A stretch of DNA of 64,000 bases. Origin: an uncultured candidate division Zixibacteria bacterium (GTDB lineage: Bacteria; Zixibacteria; MSB-5A5; GN15; FEB-12). The stretch is taken from the NCBI GenBank assembly GCA_963664195.1, contig OY760907.1:1216001-1280000 (forward strand), given 5' to 3'. A program made the translations under genes and the position numbers. Each line of letters begins with the position of its first letter. Positions within the stretch are counted from its first letter, which is position 1. Positions 1 through 9,259 of the stretch are shown here, one piece after another. The notes beneath the pieces were generated by a model that saw only the letters and a list, made by a program, of their open reading frames with translations, was not told the origin of the DNA and ran no database searches.

Positions 1-197
1 CGAGCTCTGTTCCTCAGAGCCTCCAGGTCAATGACATACAGCGGCGAGCCGTTGGCCTTGACAGTCGCCAGAAAAGCATCCCGCCGATCATGGAATGATC
101 GAACAAAATGTCCCAACTCCTGAGCGTCAACCGATGGGATATCGCGATTGATCGACTCTGCGGCTGGCGTTTTGAAACCAGGCGAGTTTTTGGTCAT
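1..197 (-). CDS. 5' part of a PLP-dependent Orn/Lys/Arg/DAP decarboxylase-family protein (runs off the window)
   Basis: Not in the ORF track. Manual translation from ATG at 197 gives MTKNSPGFKTPAAESINRDIPSVDAQELGHFVRSFHDRRDAFLATVKANGSPLYVIDLEALRNRA. The segment GSPLYVIDLEAL resembles the N-terminal G(T/S)P-x-YV-x-D motif of LysA/ODC. It overlaps the end of the ATP-grasp gene. Confidence 0.6.
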   Translation of the reverse strand, partial: MTKNSPGFKTPAAESINRDIPSVDAQELGHFVRSFHDRRDAFLATVKANGSPLYVIDLEALRNRA

Positions 198-1482
198 TGT
201 AATAATCCACGCTGATACAAATCTTCTGGCTCATAGCAGCACACTGCTCCCGGTGACGCACATCCGTCTGGGACTCAAATATGACATGGCCAAGCACCCA
301 TGAGTCGTAGTCATCGGGCGGTACTGATATCTCATGTCCCCGGGCGAACCTGAGACACGTCTCCTTCACTCGCAAATCACCTGACAGCCCGTTGGTATTG
401 ACTTCTTCAAGCACACCGCCGCGAGCCGACAAGAGACGCATACCTATGTGCTCTTTCGACAGCTCTGTCGAAGGAACCATGACCTTGCCTCCCCGGGCAA
501 AATCCAGAGCAAGTCCGATCGTGTCAAACCCGCAACTGTGCCTGACCAGAGACGGCAGACAGTCACCGCCGATCCTGGGCGTCAGTTCCAGGAAGATCAA
601 CTCGTTCTCGTTAACCACGAAGTCTACCATACAAATAGCTCTCGACAGTCCGAGTGCCTTCGCCGTCTTCCGCAGCCTCTTAGAGAGCATTCCGGAGGTG
701 ATCCCGGCGGGCAGCTTCGCGGGTACCACGTAAGCCACAGTTGTTCCGAACGGCAGAGCATCGCCGCGAAGTTTCTTGGCTACTCGAATCACACTGACGG
801 TATCGTCAGCTATGATGAAGTCAGCACTATACTCTCGTCCGCTGATGAACTCTTCCGCTAATACCGGCTGATCAACAACAGGTCCTCCCGAGTGTCCGGC
901 ACCGGATGCGTACAGCGGCGATTGTTGTCGGCTTTGCAGGCCATCCTTGATCGCCAGATAAGCCTTTACCAGATCAGCCTTCTCATGGCAATGAAATGTC
1001 AGCTCACTGCCGCTTCCCGTGAGTGGCTTGAGCACGACAGAACCGTCAAACTGTTCAAAGAGCCGGATTGCCTGGCGTCCGGAGTACACCAACGTAGCCT
1101 TCGGGCAGCGCACATCACACTCGGCCCATCTCTTTTTCGTAAGAAACTTGTCCCGAGATAATTGCACCGATTCCACCGATGGATAAGGCAAGCTGAAGCG
1201 CTGCGCCAGACTGGCCGCCAGAGCCAACCACTCACAATCGTAGCACGCTACTCCGGAGAGGCTCTGGTTCGTTTTTGCCAGATGCGCTTGCAGCCTGTTC
1301 AGGGCGTCCTCATTGTCTGCAAGATGGCAGACAACCTCATCCGAGGGGGCGGACCCGTTCTCTGACAGACCGGCCCCGTGGGCCAGGTCTGTCAGGAATA
1401 GAGCTTGCCCCGGATATCGCTCATGAATATGGGCAAAATAGTCCGGCGTGGTGCCTACTACCAGCACCCGGCTATCAGACAT
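127..1482 (-). CDS. ATP-grasp domain protein (L-amino acid ligase/peptide ligase-like)
   Basis: Motifs RDKFLTK, VVLKPLTGSGS, AEEFISGREYS and FLELTPRIGGD. Confidence 0.85.
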   Translation of the reverse strand: MSDSRVLVVGTTPDYFAHIHERYPGQALFLTDLAHGAGLSENGSAPSDEVVCHLADNEDALNRLQAHLAKTNQSLSGVACYDCEWLALAASLAQRFSLPYPSVESVQLSRDKFLTKKRWAECDVRCPKATLVYSGRQAIRLFEQFDGSVVLKPLTGSGSELTFHCHEKADLVKAYLAIKDGLQSRQQSPLYASGAGHSGGPVVDQPVLAEEFISGREYSADFIIADDTVSVIRVAKKLRGDALPFGTTVAYVVPAKLPAGITSGMLSKRLRKTAKALGLSRAICMVDFVVNENELIFLELTPRIGGDCLPSLVRHSCGFDTIGLALDFARGGKVMVPSTELSKEHIGMRLLSARGGVLEEVNTNGLSGDLRVKETCLRFARGHEISVPPDDYDSWVLGHVIFESQTDVRHREQCAAMSQKICISVDYYNDQKLAWFQNASRRVDQSRYPIG

Positions 1483-2473
1483 GCGGCGCTCCCCTCATGC
1501 CACGGCAACGTACCGGCGGATAAGAATATGACGACTGGTAGATCGTATCTCTGGGCACTGTTTTGCCTGCACCCTCAATCATGTAAAGCGGCGCCGGCGT
1601 CAGATGAAAGAGGGTCTTCCAGTTGAAATCGCCACAGAGGAAGTCGACGCTGTCCAGCTTCTCTTCGCAGGCATAAGTGATATGATGCATATTAATAAGC
1701 TTTGCTATGCCCGGCGTTTTGCCGTTCGTGCCACCCGCCAGCATAGTCAGCATGCCCTGATACAGGCTGCCCATGTCAACGGCTGCCGGCTCGCCGTCGA
1801 CAATGATCGTAACAATTCGCAGCCAGCCGCGCTTATCCAACAGGTCCATCAGCGATCGAAAGCTCTCCAAAAAGCGCAAGTCATGGAAATACGACTGGCG
1901 GCCAAACCTGCTGCGGTTCATGTCACAGAGCAACTCAAAGTCGACCGACTCATTGAAGCGCCATTCCACCGCGTGATGATTCCAGACCTCCAATTCCTTC
2001 TTGAGCTTTTTCGCTGTTTTGTGCGAAAAAGCCTCCAAATAGCGAGCCACATCAAACTGATAGGTATCCGGCAAAAAGAGATACCCTACTTCGTCGACAA
2101 GCTCGTCTGGCCCACTCCAGCAACCTTCGTTCCGGAGATATCGCAAATGGTATTGTCCATCCAAACTTGCAAGCATAGCCTTCAGAATGCTGCCGCTATC
2201 CGCAATGATCCTGTTTTGTTCCAGCCATGTTTTCCCTTCCCAGGTCTCACCGGGGAAGTAGTTGTACTGCCTGGTCTCCTCGTTCCAGCTAAGCGGCAGA
2301 AAACCTACAACCCGGCCGTTCTCCTCCGCCACGACAAAGCGAGGCGAGTGATTGTAATGATCGTTGAAACAGGCACGCACCTCCCAAAGATCGGAAACCA
2401 GCTCGGCCGGCATTAATTTCATCCAGAGGTCTCGACACTCCGCTATGTCGGTGACCGTTTGAATCCGTACCAT
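1475..2473 (-). CDS. GNAT-family N-acyltransferase (FemAB/CelD-BcsL-like tandem GNAT)
   Basis: VGFLPL motif, YLEAFSHKTAKKLKK helix and C-terminal GIAKLIN...VDFLCGDFNWKTLF. Start moved to MVRIQ at 2473, just after the speD stop. Confidence 0.75.
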   Translation of the reverse strand: MVRIQTVTDIAECRDLWMKLMPAELVSDLWEVRACFNDHYNHSPRFVVAEENGRVVGFLPLSWNEETRQYNYFPGETWEGKTWLEQNRIIADSGSILKAMLASLDGQYHLRYLRNEGCWSGPDELVDEVGYLFLPDTYQFDVARYLEAFSHKTAKKLKKELEVWNHHAVEWRFNESVDFELLCDMNRSRFGRQSYFHDLRFLESFRSLMDLLDKRGWLRIVTIIVDGEPAAVDMGSLYQGMLTMLAGGTNGKTPGIAKLINMHHITYACEEKLDSVDFLCGDFNWKTLFHLTPAPLYMIEGAGKTVPRDTIYQSSYSYPPVRCRGMRGAPHV

Positions 2474-2475
2474 CG

Positions 2476-2940
2476 CTATTGCCTCAGGTTCACGTGCGTC
2501 GTGCAACGCGAACCACCGAAGAAGCCAACAGCAAACTCCTCAACCACCGCCGGGTCGTAAGGCTTGCAGCTAAAGACGTCCAGATACGTAGCGTTGCTGG
2601 CATTGGCAAAATGAGCTGAGATCAGCGACGTTTCGATCAACTGGGTCATCGAATACCCCGCCACACGCTCGTCCTCGCCAAAATTGACGACCACACATTC
2701 CCCGAATCGCTTCATCTCAATCAAGTCACAGAGTTCTCGAACAAAACGCTTGATCGCTTCCGCGTCGCGTATGGTCTCAGCATCGCAGTCGTAAATATCA
2801 AAACTGCAGGCCAGACCCCACGCCCCTTCAATCTCGTCGGAACTGAACTGGCTCAGTTCCCGGTAGGCGGTCAGCCGCGAAACGGCGCCCTTGACAGCCT
2901 CTCCGACCTCAAATGCCGGCTTCACTGCTACATCTCTCAT
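2476..2940 (-). CDS. speD: S-adenosylmethionine decarboxylase-like pyruvoyl proenzyme (class 1b)
   Basis: DIYDCD, QLIETSLISAHF (self-cleavage region) and YLDVFSCKPYD; AGGAG RBS. The substrate is uncertain. Confidence 0.8.
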   Translation of the reverse strand: MRDVAVKPAFEVGEAVKGAVSRLTAYRELSQFSSDEIEGAWGLACSFDIYDCDAETIRDAEAIKRFVRELCDLIEMKRFGECVVVNFGEDERVAGYSMTQLIETSLISAHFANASNATYLDVFSCKPYDPAVVEEFAVGFFGGSRCTTHVNLRQ

Positions 2941-3170
2941 GTAAAGACTCTCCTAAGGTTCCAAACCCACGAGGGCACCTTGCCCTCCGGAGTCCTGGAC
3001 GGTGTTCTCTGTTTTCCTGGGGTTGTTGTTATCCGCTATGAGCCTTCAACCAGGCTCGGGGGACACGTGAATCAGGCTTTGCAGCCTGAAGCCGCCTTCC
3101 CAACTATCCGGTTCGTCTTTTCCTTACCTACCGAATATCGTTGGCGACAAGTGAGCATCTTGAGATGCCC
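2941..3170 (-). promoter_or_regulatory. Long multi-hairpin 5' leader of the speD operon (unassigned cis-regulatory RNA candidate)
   Basis: Minus-strand hairpins TCAGGC-TGCAAA-GCCTGA, GAGCCT-GGTTGA-AGGCTC, GAGGGCA-AGG-TGCCCTC and GGGCATC-TCAA-GATGCTC in about 230 nt with no credible ORF. Confidence 0.35.
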
Positions 3171-3178
3171 GGTTTCTT

Positions 3179-3826
3179 TTACGGAAGCGCTTCCTGAATG
3201 AAGCGCGCCAAACTGGCAACAAAAGCACTTCTCAAGGCCATGAAAGACCCGTCGACATCGTCGTCTTTGGTTGCAACGCTGGCGAAGGAATAATAACCCG
3301 AAATGAATCCGGCGAGCGCATAGGCGAGACGCCGAAGCCGCCCTTTTGAAATCGGTCTGGCCAAAGCTCCTTCAATCAGCTCCTCGATACAACCCAGATA
3401 GTCAAGGAATGGTGCTTCGATTCCCTCGAGACTCTCGTCAAGCATGATGTCCGCGCGGCCCTGTTGGTACAGCACGAAGTCCTCCCAGCGATTGCTGAAG
3501 AACTTGATGTGCGTACCAATCATGGCATCCAGAACCGCATTGATCTCAGTATGAGGGGCACACTCATCTCTCAACGCTGCGACCAGCTCTTTGAGGAGCT
3601 TCTCCATCATCTGACGGATCATCTCTTCTTTGGCGTCAAAGTGATAGTAGAAACTGCCCCGACCCACATCCGCGCGGTCGGTGATATCCTCAACCGTGGT
3701 GGCCGACAATCCCTTTTCAGCCATAACGGTTTTGGCCGCCTCAAGCAGCTTGCTGCGAGTCTTGCCGAACCGTCGTTGGTTGCGTGTTTCCACGGGCTTG
3801 TCCTGTTTTCTGCTGGCCGCGATCAT
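3179..3826 (-). CDS. TetR/AcrR family transcriptional regulator
   Basis: HTH TTVEDITDRADVGRGSFYYHFDAKEE. Confidence 0.92.
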   Translation of the reverse strand: MIAASRKQDKPVETRNQRRFGKTRSKLLEAAKTVMAEKGLSATTVEDITDRADVGRGSFYYHFDAKEEMIRQMMEKLLKELVAALRDECAPHTEINAVLDAMIGTHIKFFSNRWEDFVLYQQGRADIMLDESLEGIEAPFLDYLGCIEELIEGALARPISKGRLRRLAYALAGFISGYYSFASVATKDDDVDGSFMALRSAFVASLARFIQEALP

Positions 3827-3855
3827 CCGCCCTACCTGACATTACCTTCGTTTTC

Positions 3856-3887
3856 GACGATATCGTCAGATATGACGATTTTGTCAA
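3856..3887. promoter_or_regulatory. Tandem palindromes overlapping a TTGACA -35 box (candidate TetR operator)
   Basis: Perfect palindrome GACGATATCGTC at 3856-3867, related TGACGATTTTGTCA at 3873-3886, and minus-strand TTGACA at 3882-3887 upstream of tetR. Confidence 0.55.
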
Positions 3888-4039
3888 GGGCTTTGTTCGA
3901 TTTCGTTCTTTTTTTTTTGACAGTGCCTCGGCTTCAGATCAGTTCGGATTGATACCAAAAAAAGACCAGGACGACATGTACTCGACACAACGCGTTGTAG
4001 CACAATGGCGTACGTATACGGCACCGACCCGACTCACGC

Positions 4040-4780
4040 CTATATCTTGAACGACAGAGTCAATCCGACACCGCCACCAACGCTGGTCGGAAAGATTGAA
4101 ATTGCACCTTTGTGGCGGTCTTTTCGGACAAGTTTCAGGGAAATGTAGGTGCCGAGGATCCCACCCGCTATCACGTCGCTCAAGCAGTGCTTGCCCTCTT
4201 GAAGGCGTGAGAGGCCGACGTATCCTGCAAGCACAAATGCCGGAATCCCCAGGGTTCTGCCGAAATGCCCGTACACGACTGCGGCGGTGGCAAACGAGGA
4301 AGACATATGTCCTGAGGGATAAGAATAGGGCGTTCCGTCCGGTCTCTGCCGGTTGATACTCACCTTCAACACAGAGGTCAGCAAACCGGTCATTAACTGT
4401 GCGCGAAATCGATCCGTGCCAAACTCCCCTGGCTCAGACGAACCCGTTATTTTGCCAACACTCCACGAAGCCGCTGAGAGTACGGCCGGGAAGGCACCGT
4501 CACCAAATACGAGTTGCCCGTCGATTGTCCGCATGGCCATCTTGACGTCAGCCAGACCCTCGGCGGATATGAGCAGAATGTCATCCTATTCGGGTTCCCC
4601 TTCTTCCCCCGCTTCGTCTTCGAATTCGATGATGATCATTGCCGCGCATGCATCCAGTCGCAGATCAACAGCCGTGATTTCACTCCGAGCCGTATTGCTG
4701 TAGACAAAGTAAGCGAAAGCCGACATCAGAATTCCAAAAGCGGCCAGATTCGCTACTACCAGTTTGCCCTTAATCGTCAC
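4040..4780 (-). pseudogene. Chimeric remnant: sensor-kinase-like N-terminus in frame (past a TAG) with a PAP2 phosphatase C-terminal half
   Basis: PAP2 motifs KVSINRQRP, YPSGH and SRLQEGKHCLSDV at 4040-4540. The 4586-4780 ORF (MTIKGKLVVANL...) resembles a membrane histidine kinase start and is in the same frame. Confidence 0.5.
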
Positions 4781-5026
4781 AGTCTTATCATTGCCTGTTA
4801 TGGTCCTTCATCGGAGAAAAGATAACCGACACCGCGAACAGTATGGATCAGTGTCGGACCGAACCCTCTATCCGGCGCTGCCCCTAAAGCCTTGACTTGA
4901 CATACCAGGCGGTATTAGCTTCAGGCATTGCAGCACAGCGTTCCACAAAACACAGTATCTACATGAAATCGCAGCCCTCATCTGGACTACAGAATACGGA
5001 TGCTCTTACCTGTCGGAGAACCACTT

Positions 5027-6961
5027 ATGAAACTCGCCAAGATCGTCGTACTGGTACCGCTTGTTCCTTTTCTCTTTCTGCTGGCCCTGTCAACTTATGC
5101 ACAGGCCCCGGATACCGTCTGGTCTCGCACCTACAACGCTACTTCCGCAGCCCTGGCGCTCCACGAAACCGCGGATAGCGGCTTCATTATGGGCGGCTAC
5201 ATTGTCCCCGATGGAGACACCAAACGAGATGTGTTCATGGTACGCACCGATCGAAACGGGGACACGCTCTGGACCAAAACACATGGCGATACGGACCGCC
5301 ACGAAAGCGCCGCAGATCTCTATCCGACATCCGACGGCGGCTTCATCCTCTCCGGAACCCGGGAGGAGGATGGCCTTATTTCAAATACCGATATGTACCT
5401 CCTCAAGACCGACGCAAACGGTGACCGTGAATGGCATTCAGTCTTCGGCGACTCAGGGAAGAGCGAATCCGGCATCGCCGCGGTCCCGACTCCGGACAGC
5501 GGCTATCTCTTGACCGGCTACTTCTGGGATGCAACAACGGTCTACGACATCTATCTTGTCAAAACCGATGACCTCGGCATCCGGGCGTGGCAGCAGCACA
5601 TGACCTGGTCCGATGCCGATTACCCGACCGCCATGGCCGTCGTGGGTGATGACGGCTTCTCCATAACCGGCTACACCCAGTCTTTTGATTCCGAATACGA
5701 TTATGACATGTTCCACCTTAGACTGGACGACGAGGGCATCGAGACCTGGTCTCTCCCATATGGAGCCAACTACCCGTGGGATGAAGCGGCCAATCATATC
5801 TGCCCCACTTCGGACGGCGGCTATCTCATGTGCGGGTATCGCAAGGAGGAAGGCTCTCCCAAGGATATCTACGTCGTGAAAACAGACGCTCTCGGAAACC
5901 TGGAATGGAACTCGCAGTTGGGAGGCGTCTACCATGACGAGGCAAGGTGCTGTATTGAGACGGTCGACGGTGGATATGCGGTGTCGGCGTCATGGTACGT
6001 TGACGGCAACTGGAAAACCGCGCTGATCAAATACGACGCTGACGGTGACACGACCTGGACTGCCTTCTGGGGCGATCCGGCCAACAGTCACACGCCGTAC
6101 GGCCTGGTCCAAACAGCCGACAACGGATACGCAGTCGGCGGACTCATGTCTGGTGGCACCACAGCCGCATTCCTCGTGAAATTCGCTGCTGAGCCAGGTC
6201 TGTATCCGCACACATTCAGTGCTGCGCACCTGACCACTCCCGTGGACGACAGTGCCCCTGCAACTGATACCATCACTGTTTCTGCAGGCGGCTTCGACCC
6301 GGGCAGCAGCATAGCGGGCATCAGGGTGATGATCGACACGCTGGATCATCCCGCGCTTGAGGAGCTCACCGTTACCCTGACCCACGACGGAACTGAAGTC
6401 ACTCTGGTTCCGGAAGGAGACGCGTCCGGGGAGAACTTCGCCGGACTAGTGTTCACCGATGCCGCCATCACATCTCTTGGCGGAGGGCAGGCTCCCTATA
6501 CCGGAACCTTCAGGGCCAGTGAGCTTCTCAGTGCCTTCAACGATATGGACCCCAGGGGCTACTGGATTCTGAATGTGGTAGACGGATCCTCAGGAAACGA
6601 CGGAGTTCTGAGAGCCTGGAGAATCACGTTACTGACCGATGTAGTGCTTGATGTTACCGATGAGGTTGTCAGCGAACTTCCCGCCAGCTACAGTCTGTCC
6701 CAGTGCTACCCGAACCCGTTCAATCCGACAACCATCATCAGCTACAGCGTTCCGACAAGATCGGACGTCACTATCGAGGTCTACAATGTTCTCGGCCAGA
6801 AAGTTAACACGCTGATCGACGAGACAAAACCGGCGGGCGAATACCAGACGGCATGGAACGGCGTTGATTCAGACGGTGAGAGAGTCTCCACGGGAGTCTA
6901 CTTCTATCGTTTTCGGGCCGGTGATTTCGTTGAGACGAAGAAGATGCTTCTCCTCAAGTAG
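5027..6961 (+). CDS. Secreted protein with beta-propeller-like repeats, a proprotein-convertase P-like domain and a C-terminal FlgD-Ig/T9SS-type domain
   Basis: Signal peptide; repeated (T/S)xDGG(F/Y)...D(I/M)YLxKTDxxG units; LSAFNDMDPRGYWILNVVD; YPNPFNP...YNVLGQKV...GVYFYR...TKKMLLLK. Confidence 0.8.
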   Translation: MKLAKIVVLVPLVPFLFLLALSTYAQAPDTVWSRTYNATSAALALHETADSGFIMGGYIVPDGDTKRDVFMVRTDRNGDTLWTKTHGDTDRHESAADLYPTSDGGFILSGTREEDGLISNTDMYLLKTDANGDREWHSVFGDSGKSESGIAAVPTPDSGYLLTGYFWDATTVYDIYLVKTDDLGIRAWQQHMTWSDADYPTAMAVVGDDGFSITGYTQSFDSEYDYDMFHLRLDDEGIETWSLPYGANYPWDEAANHICPTSDGGYLMCGYRKEEGSPKDIYVVKTDALGNLEWNSQLGGVYHDEARCCIETVDGGYAVSASWYVDGNWKTALIKYDADGDTTWTAFWGDPANSHTPYGLVQTADNGYAVGGLMSGGTTAAFLVKFAAEPGLYPHTFSAAHLTTPVDDSAPATDTITVSAGGFDPGSSIAGIRVMIDTLDHPALEELTVTLTHDGTEVTLVPEGDASGENFAGLVFTDAAITSLGGGQAPYTGTFRASELLSAFNDMDPRGYWILNVVDGSSGNDGVLRAWRITLLTDVVLDVTDEVVSELPASYSLSQCYPNPFNPTTIISYSVPTRSDVTIEVYNVLGQKVNTLIDETKPAGEYQTAWNGVDSDGERVSTGVYFYRFRAGDFVETKKMLLLK

Positions 6962-7221
6962 GGCATACTCAGAAGTCACGCGCCGCAATGAGGAGCCAAC
7001 CCGGCGGACAGGGTCTCGGGTTCACATCAATCTGGAGTATATGGGTTGCTCTAATCTTTTTTCGGAACCTGCCGACAAAACAGGGGTTTAAGGTTGAGTG
7101 GTCCTTTTGGCCAGCGAACAGGAAAGGCATAACAAACCGGGATAGGCTGCCTATTGTAGATCGGTAATGAAATAACAGCGCGGATTCAACAAGACCTTTA
7201 AGGGAAAGGCATTACTGATTT

Positions 7222-7746
7222 ATGATAGTACTGAAGTATCCCCGCCGCTTTGCATTGCTCCTAGCAGTCCTGGCGACCTCCTCCACGACACTGGCCGGCC
7301 CGTCCGAAGCGGTCGATCGGCAAGATAACCTCAAGATCATCCAGGCTGCCCTGCCCGACTCTGCCTCCTTACAGAACAAAGTTGTGTTTGTCGACTTCTG
7401 GGCTTCCTGGTGCGTCCCCTGCCGCCAGTCTTTTCCGTGGATGCAAAGTCTGCACGAGAAATACGGCAGTCAGGGATTTGTGGTCGTAGCCGTCAACGTC
7501 GACAGGGACCGACGTGCGGCCGCCAAGTTTCTTGAAGAACTCAATCCATCTTTCACAGTAGTCTTCGATACTGCCGGGAGCGTGGCTGCCAAGTACGGGT
7601 TGGAAGCGATGCCGACATCGTTCCTCTACGGACGCGACGGGAAGTTGGTCGCACAACATCAAGGTTTCCAACAAGAAGAAGCCGACCATTGGGACCGCGC
7701 CATCGGGAGACTTGTGAGACAAGAGAAAAAGGAGAAGCTGAAATGA
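7222..7746 (+). CDS. TlpA/ResA-family thiol-disulfide oxidoreductase
   Basis: VDFWASWCVPCR motif and signal peptide. Confidence 0.9.
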   Translation: MIVLKYPRRFALLLAVLATSSTTLAGPSEAVDRQDNLKIIQAALPDSASLQNKVVFVDFWASWCVPCRQSFPWMQSLHEKYGSQGFVVVAVNVDRDRRAAAKFLEELNPSFTVVFDTAGSVAAKYGLEAMPTSFLYGRDGKLVAQHQGFQQEEADHWDRAIGRLVRQEKKEKLK

Positions 7747-7976
7747 GGAAACGCCACACCATTGCCACACTAGTCACTCTCGTGGTTTCGGCTTCCCTGT
7801 TGTCTGGATGCGCCTCGGTTGGCGTTCAGGTATGGGAGAGAGACGTTCTGTCGAAACCTGAGATGCAATTGAGCAAGGAAGCACTGGATCGCTCGATTGA
7901 CGATCACGTCTATTTCAGCAAGGAAGCCTCAAGCGGCGGGCGCAGTTTCGGCGGAGGCGGATGCGGATGCAACTAG
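7743..7976 (+). CDS. DUF4266 family lipoprotein
   Basis: Lipobox LLSGC, VQVWERDVL...HVYFSKE and terminal GGGGCGCN; ATGA overlap with the tlpA-like gene. Confidence 0.85.
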   Translation: MRKRHTIATLVTLVVSASLLSGCASVGVQVWERDVLSKPEMQLSKEALDRSIDDHVYFSKEASSGGRSFGGGGCGCN

Positions 7977-9259
7977 CCGGCAAATCATCAATACGGAGTG
8001 CCCTGACCGCTGTCACCGCCATGCTGATAGGCAGCAGCTTGGCAAACGCAGAAGGCGGCGACAGATTGGAGTCGTCCCTCTTGTTGTACTCGGAGACGAA
8101 TCGCGTTCAGGCCGCTGAAGGAATCGTCTCCCTGTCCCATGCCCTCAAAGGGGGGCGCACCATCACCGGGCGGTTTTCGTTTGACGCGCTCACCGGCCCC
8201 TCCCCCAGCGGCGCCACTCCCTCAGACAACATTCAAACGTTCACTCGACCATCAGGGAACGGCAGTTATACGGCCCAACCCGGCGAAACTCCGTTGGATG
8301 ACACCTTCCGGGATAATCGTGTCAGTCTCGACGGCACCTACAGTCAACCGCTTGACCGCTTGACAACGCTCGATATCGGCGGGCACTTCTCAAGCGAGCA
8401 CGATTACACGTCATTCGGCGCCAACCTGGCACTCATTCGAGATTTCAACCGAAGAAACACCACTCTGTCACTTGCAGCGGCAGTCTCGCACGATCTTGTC
8501 CAACCCGAAGGAGGTGCCCCCGTACCCCTGTCGTCGATGAGTACGCCTGCGAGCGGAGGCGAAGAAGACGAGTTTGAGGAAAGTCGCCATGAGTCGAACA
8601 GAAGCAAGAACGTAATCGATGCTGTCCTCGGCCTCACTCAGGTACTCGACCGACAGACACTGGTCCGTTTCAACTATTCGTTCAATCACGCTTCCGGGTA
8701 TCTGACCGATCCCTACAAACTGCTGAGCATAGTCCAGGACAGATCGGGAGCAGAGCCGGGAGAGCCGGTTGACTACATTTACGAGTCGAGACCGGACGGT
8801 CGCACAAAGCACGCTCTCTATGCCGAAGCACGACGGTACATCCGGGGCCACACGGTCAATCTGTCGTACCGGCACTTCTGGGATAGCTGGGGTACAAGAT
8901 CACACACCGTTGATCTGCACTATCGACTGCCCCTGTCCGGCGGTCACGCACTTCAACCTCATGTGCGCTGGTATCATCAATCGGCCGCAGACTTCTATCG
9001 ATCTTACCTTATCGAAGGAGCCAAGGTGCCGTCCAGTGCGTCTGCCGACTATCGGCTCGCTCCATTCCACGCTCTGACCCTGGGACTCCAATACACATTG
9101 CCGGTCGGCCCAAAGACCAGCCTCAGCATCGGGGCCGAATACTACCACCAGGCCGGGGACATCAGCCCGCCGCAGTCTATGGGATCGTTGAGCCAGATCG
9201 ACCTCTTCCCCGAGTTGAAGGCGATTATGGTTCGCATGGGGTTCAGCTATGAGTTCTAA
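7961..9259 (+). CDS. DUF3570 family outer-membrane beta-barrel protein
   Basis: DALTGPSPSGAT, SSEHDYTS, GYLTDPY, ESRPDGR, SADYRL and terminal aromatic YEF; conserved synteny with DUF4266 and ApbE. Confidence 0.8.
   Translation: MRMQLAGKSSIRSALTAVTAMLIGSSLANAEGGDRLESSLLLYSETNRVQAAEGIVSLSHALKGGRTITGRFSFDALTGPSPSGATPSDNIQTFTRPSGNGSYTAQPGETPLDDTFRDNRVSLDGTYSQPLDRLTTLDIGGHFSSEHDYTSFGANLALIRDFNRRNTTLSLAAAVSHDLVQPEGGAPVPLSSMSTPASGGEEDEFEESRHESNRSKNVIDAVLGLTQVLDRQTLVRFNYSFNHASGYLTDPYKLLSIVQDRSGAEPGEPVDYIYESRPDGRTKHALYAEARRYIRGHTVNLSYRHFWDSWGTRSHTVDLHYRLPLSGGHALQPHVRWYHQSAADFYRSYLIEGAKVPSSASADYRLAPFHALTLGLQYTLPVGPKTSLSIGAEYYHQAGDISPPQSMGSLSQIDLFPELKAIMVRMGFSYEF

Noticed and set aside
1604..2416. 270-aa plus-strand ORF and many similar antisense ORFs (e.g. 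20576-21415, 46706-47407, 58753-59493)
   Set aside because: They lie opposite well-supported genes and have no recognisable motifs.
3024..3038. AGCGGATAACAA on the minus strand, resembling a lac operator half-site
   Set aside because: Only a half match, not palindromic and with no vector context; probably chance.
3100..3140. M-box, SAM-I, lysine or cobalamin riboswitch assignment for the speD leader
   Set aside because: Only short fragments match and the conserved cores are missing, so the leader is left unassigned.
4586..4588. In-frame TAG as pyrrolysine or readthrough
   Set aside because: No pyl genes are in the window, TAG is used as a normal stop elsewhere, and decay explains it better.
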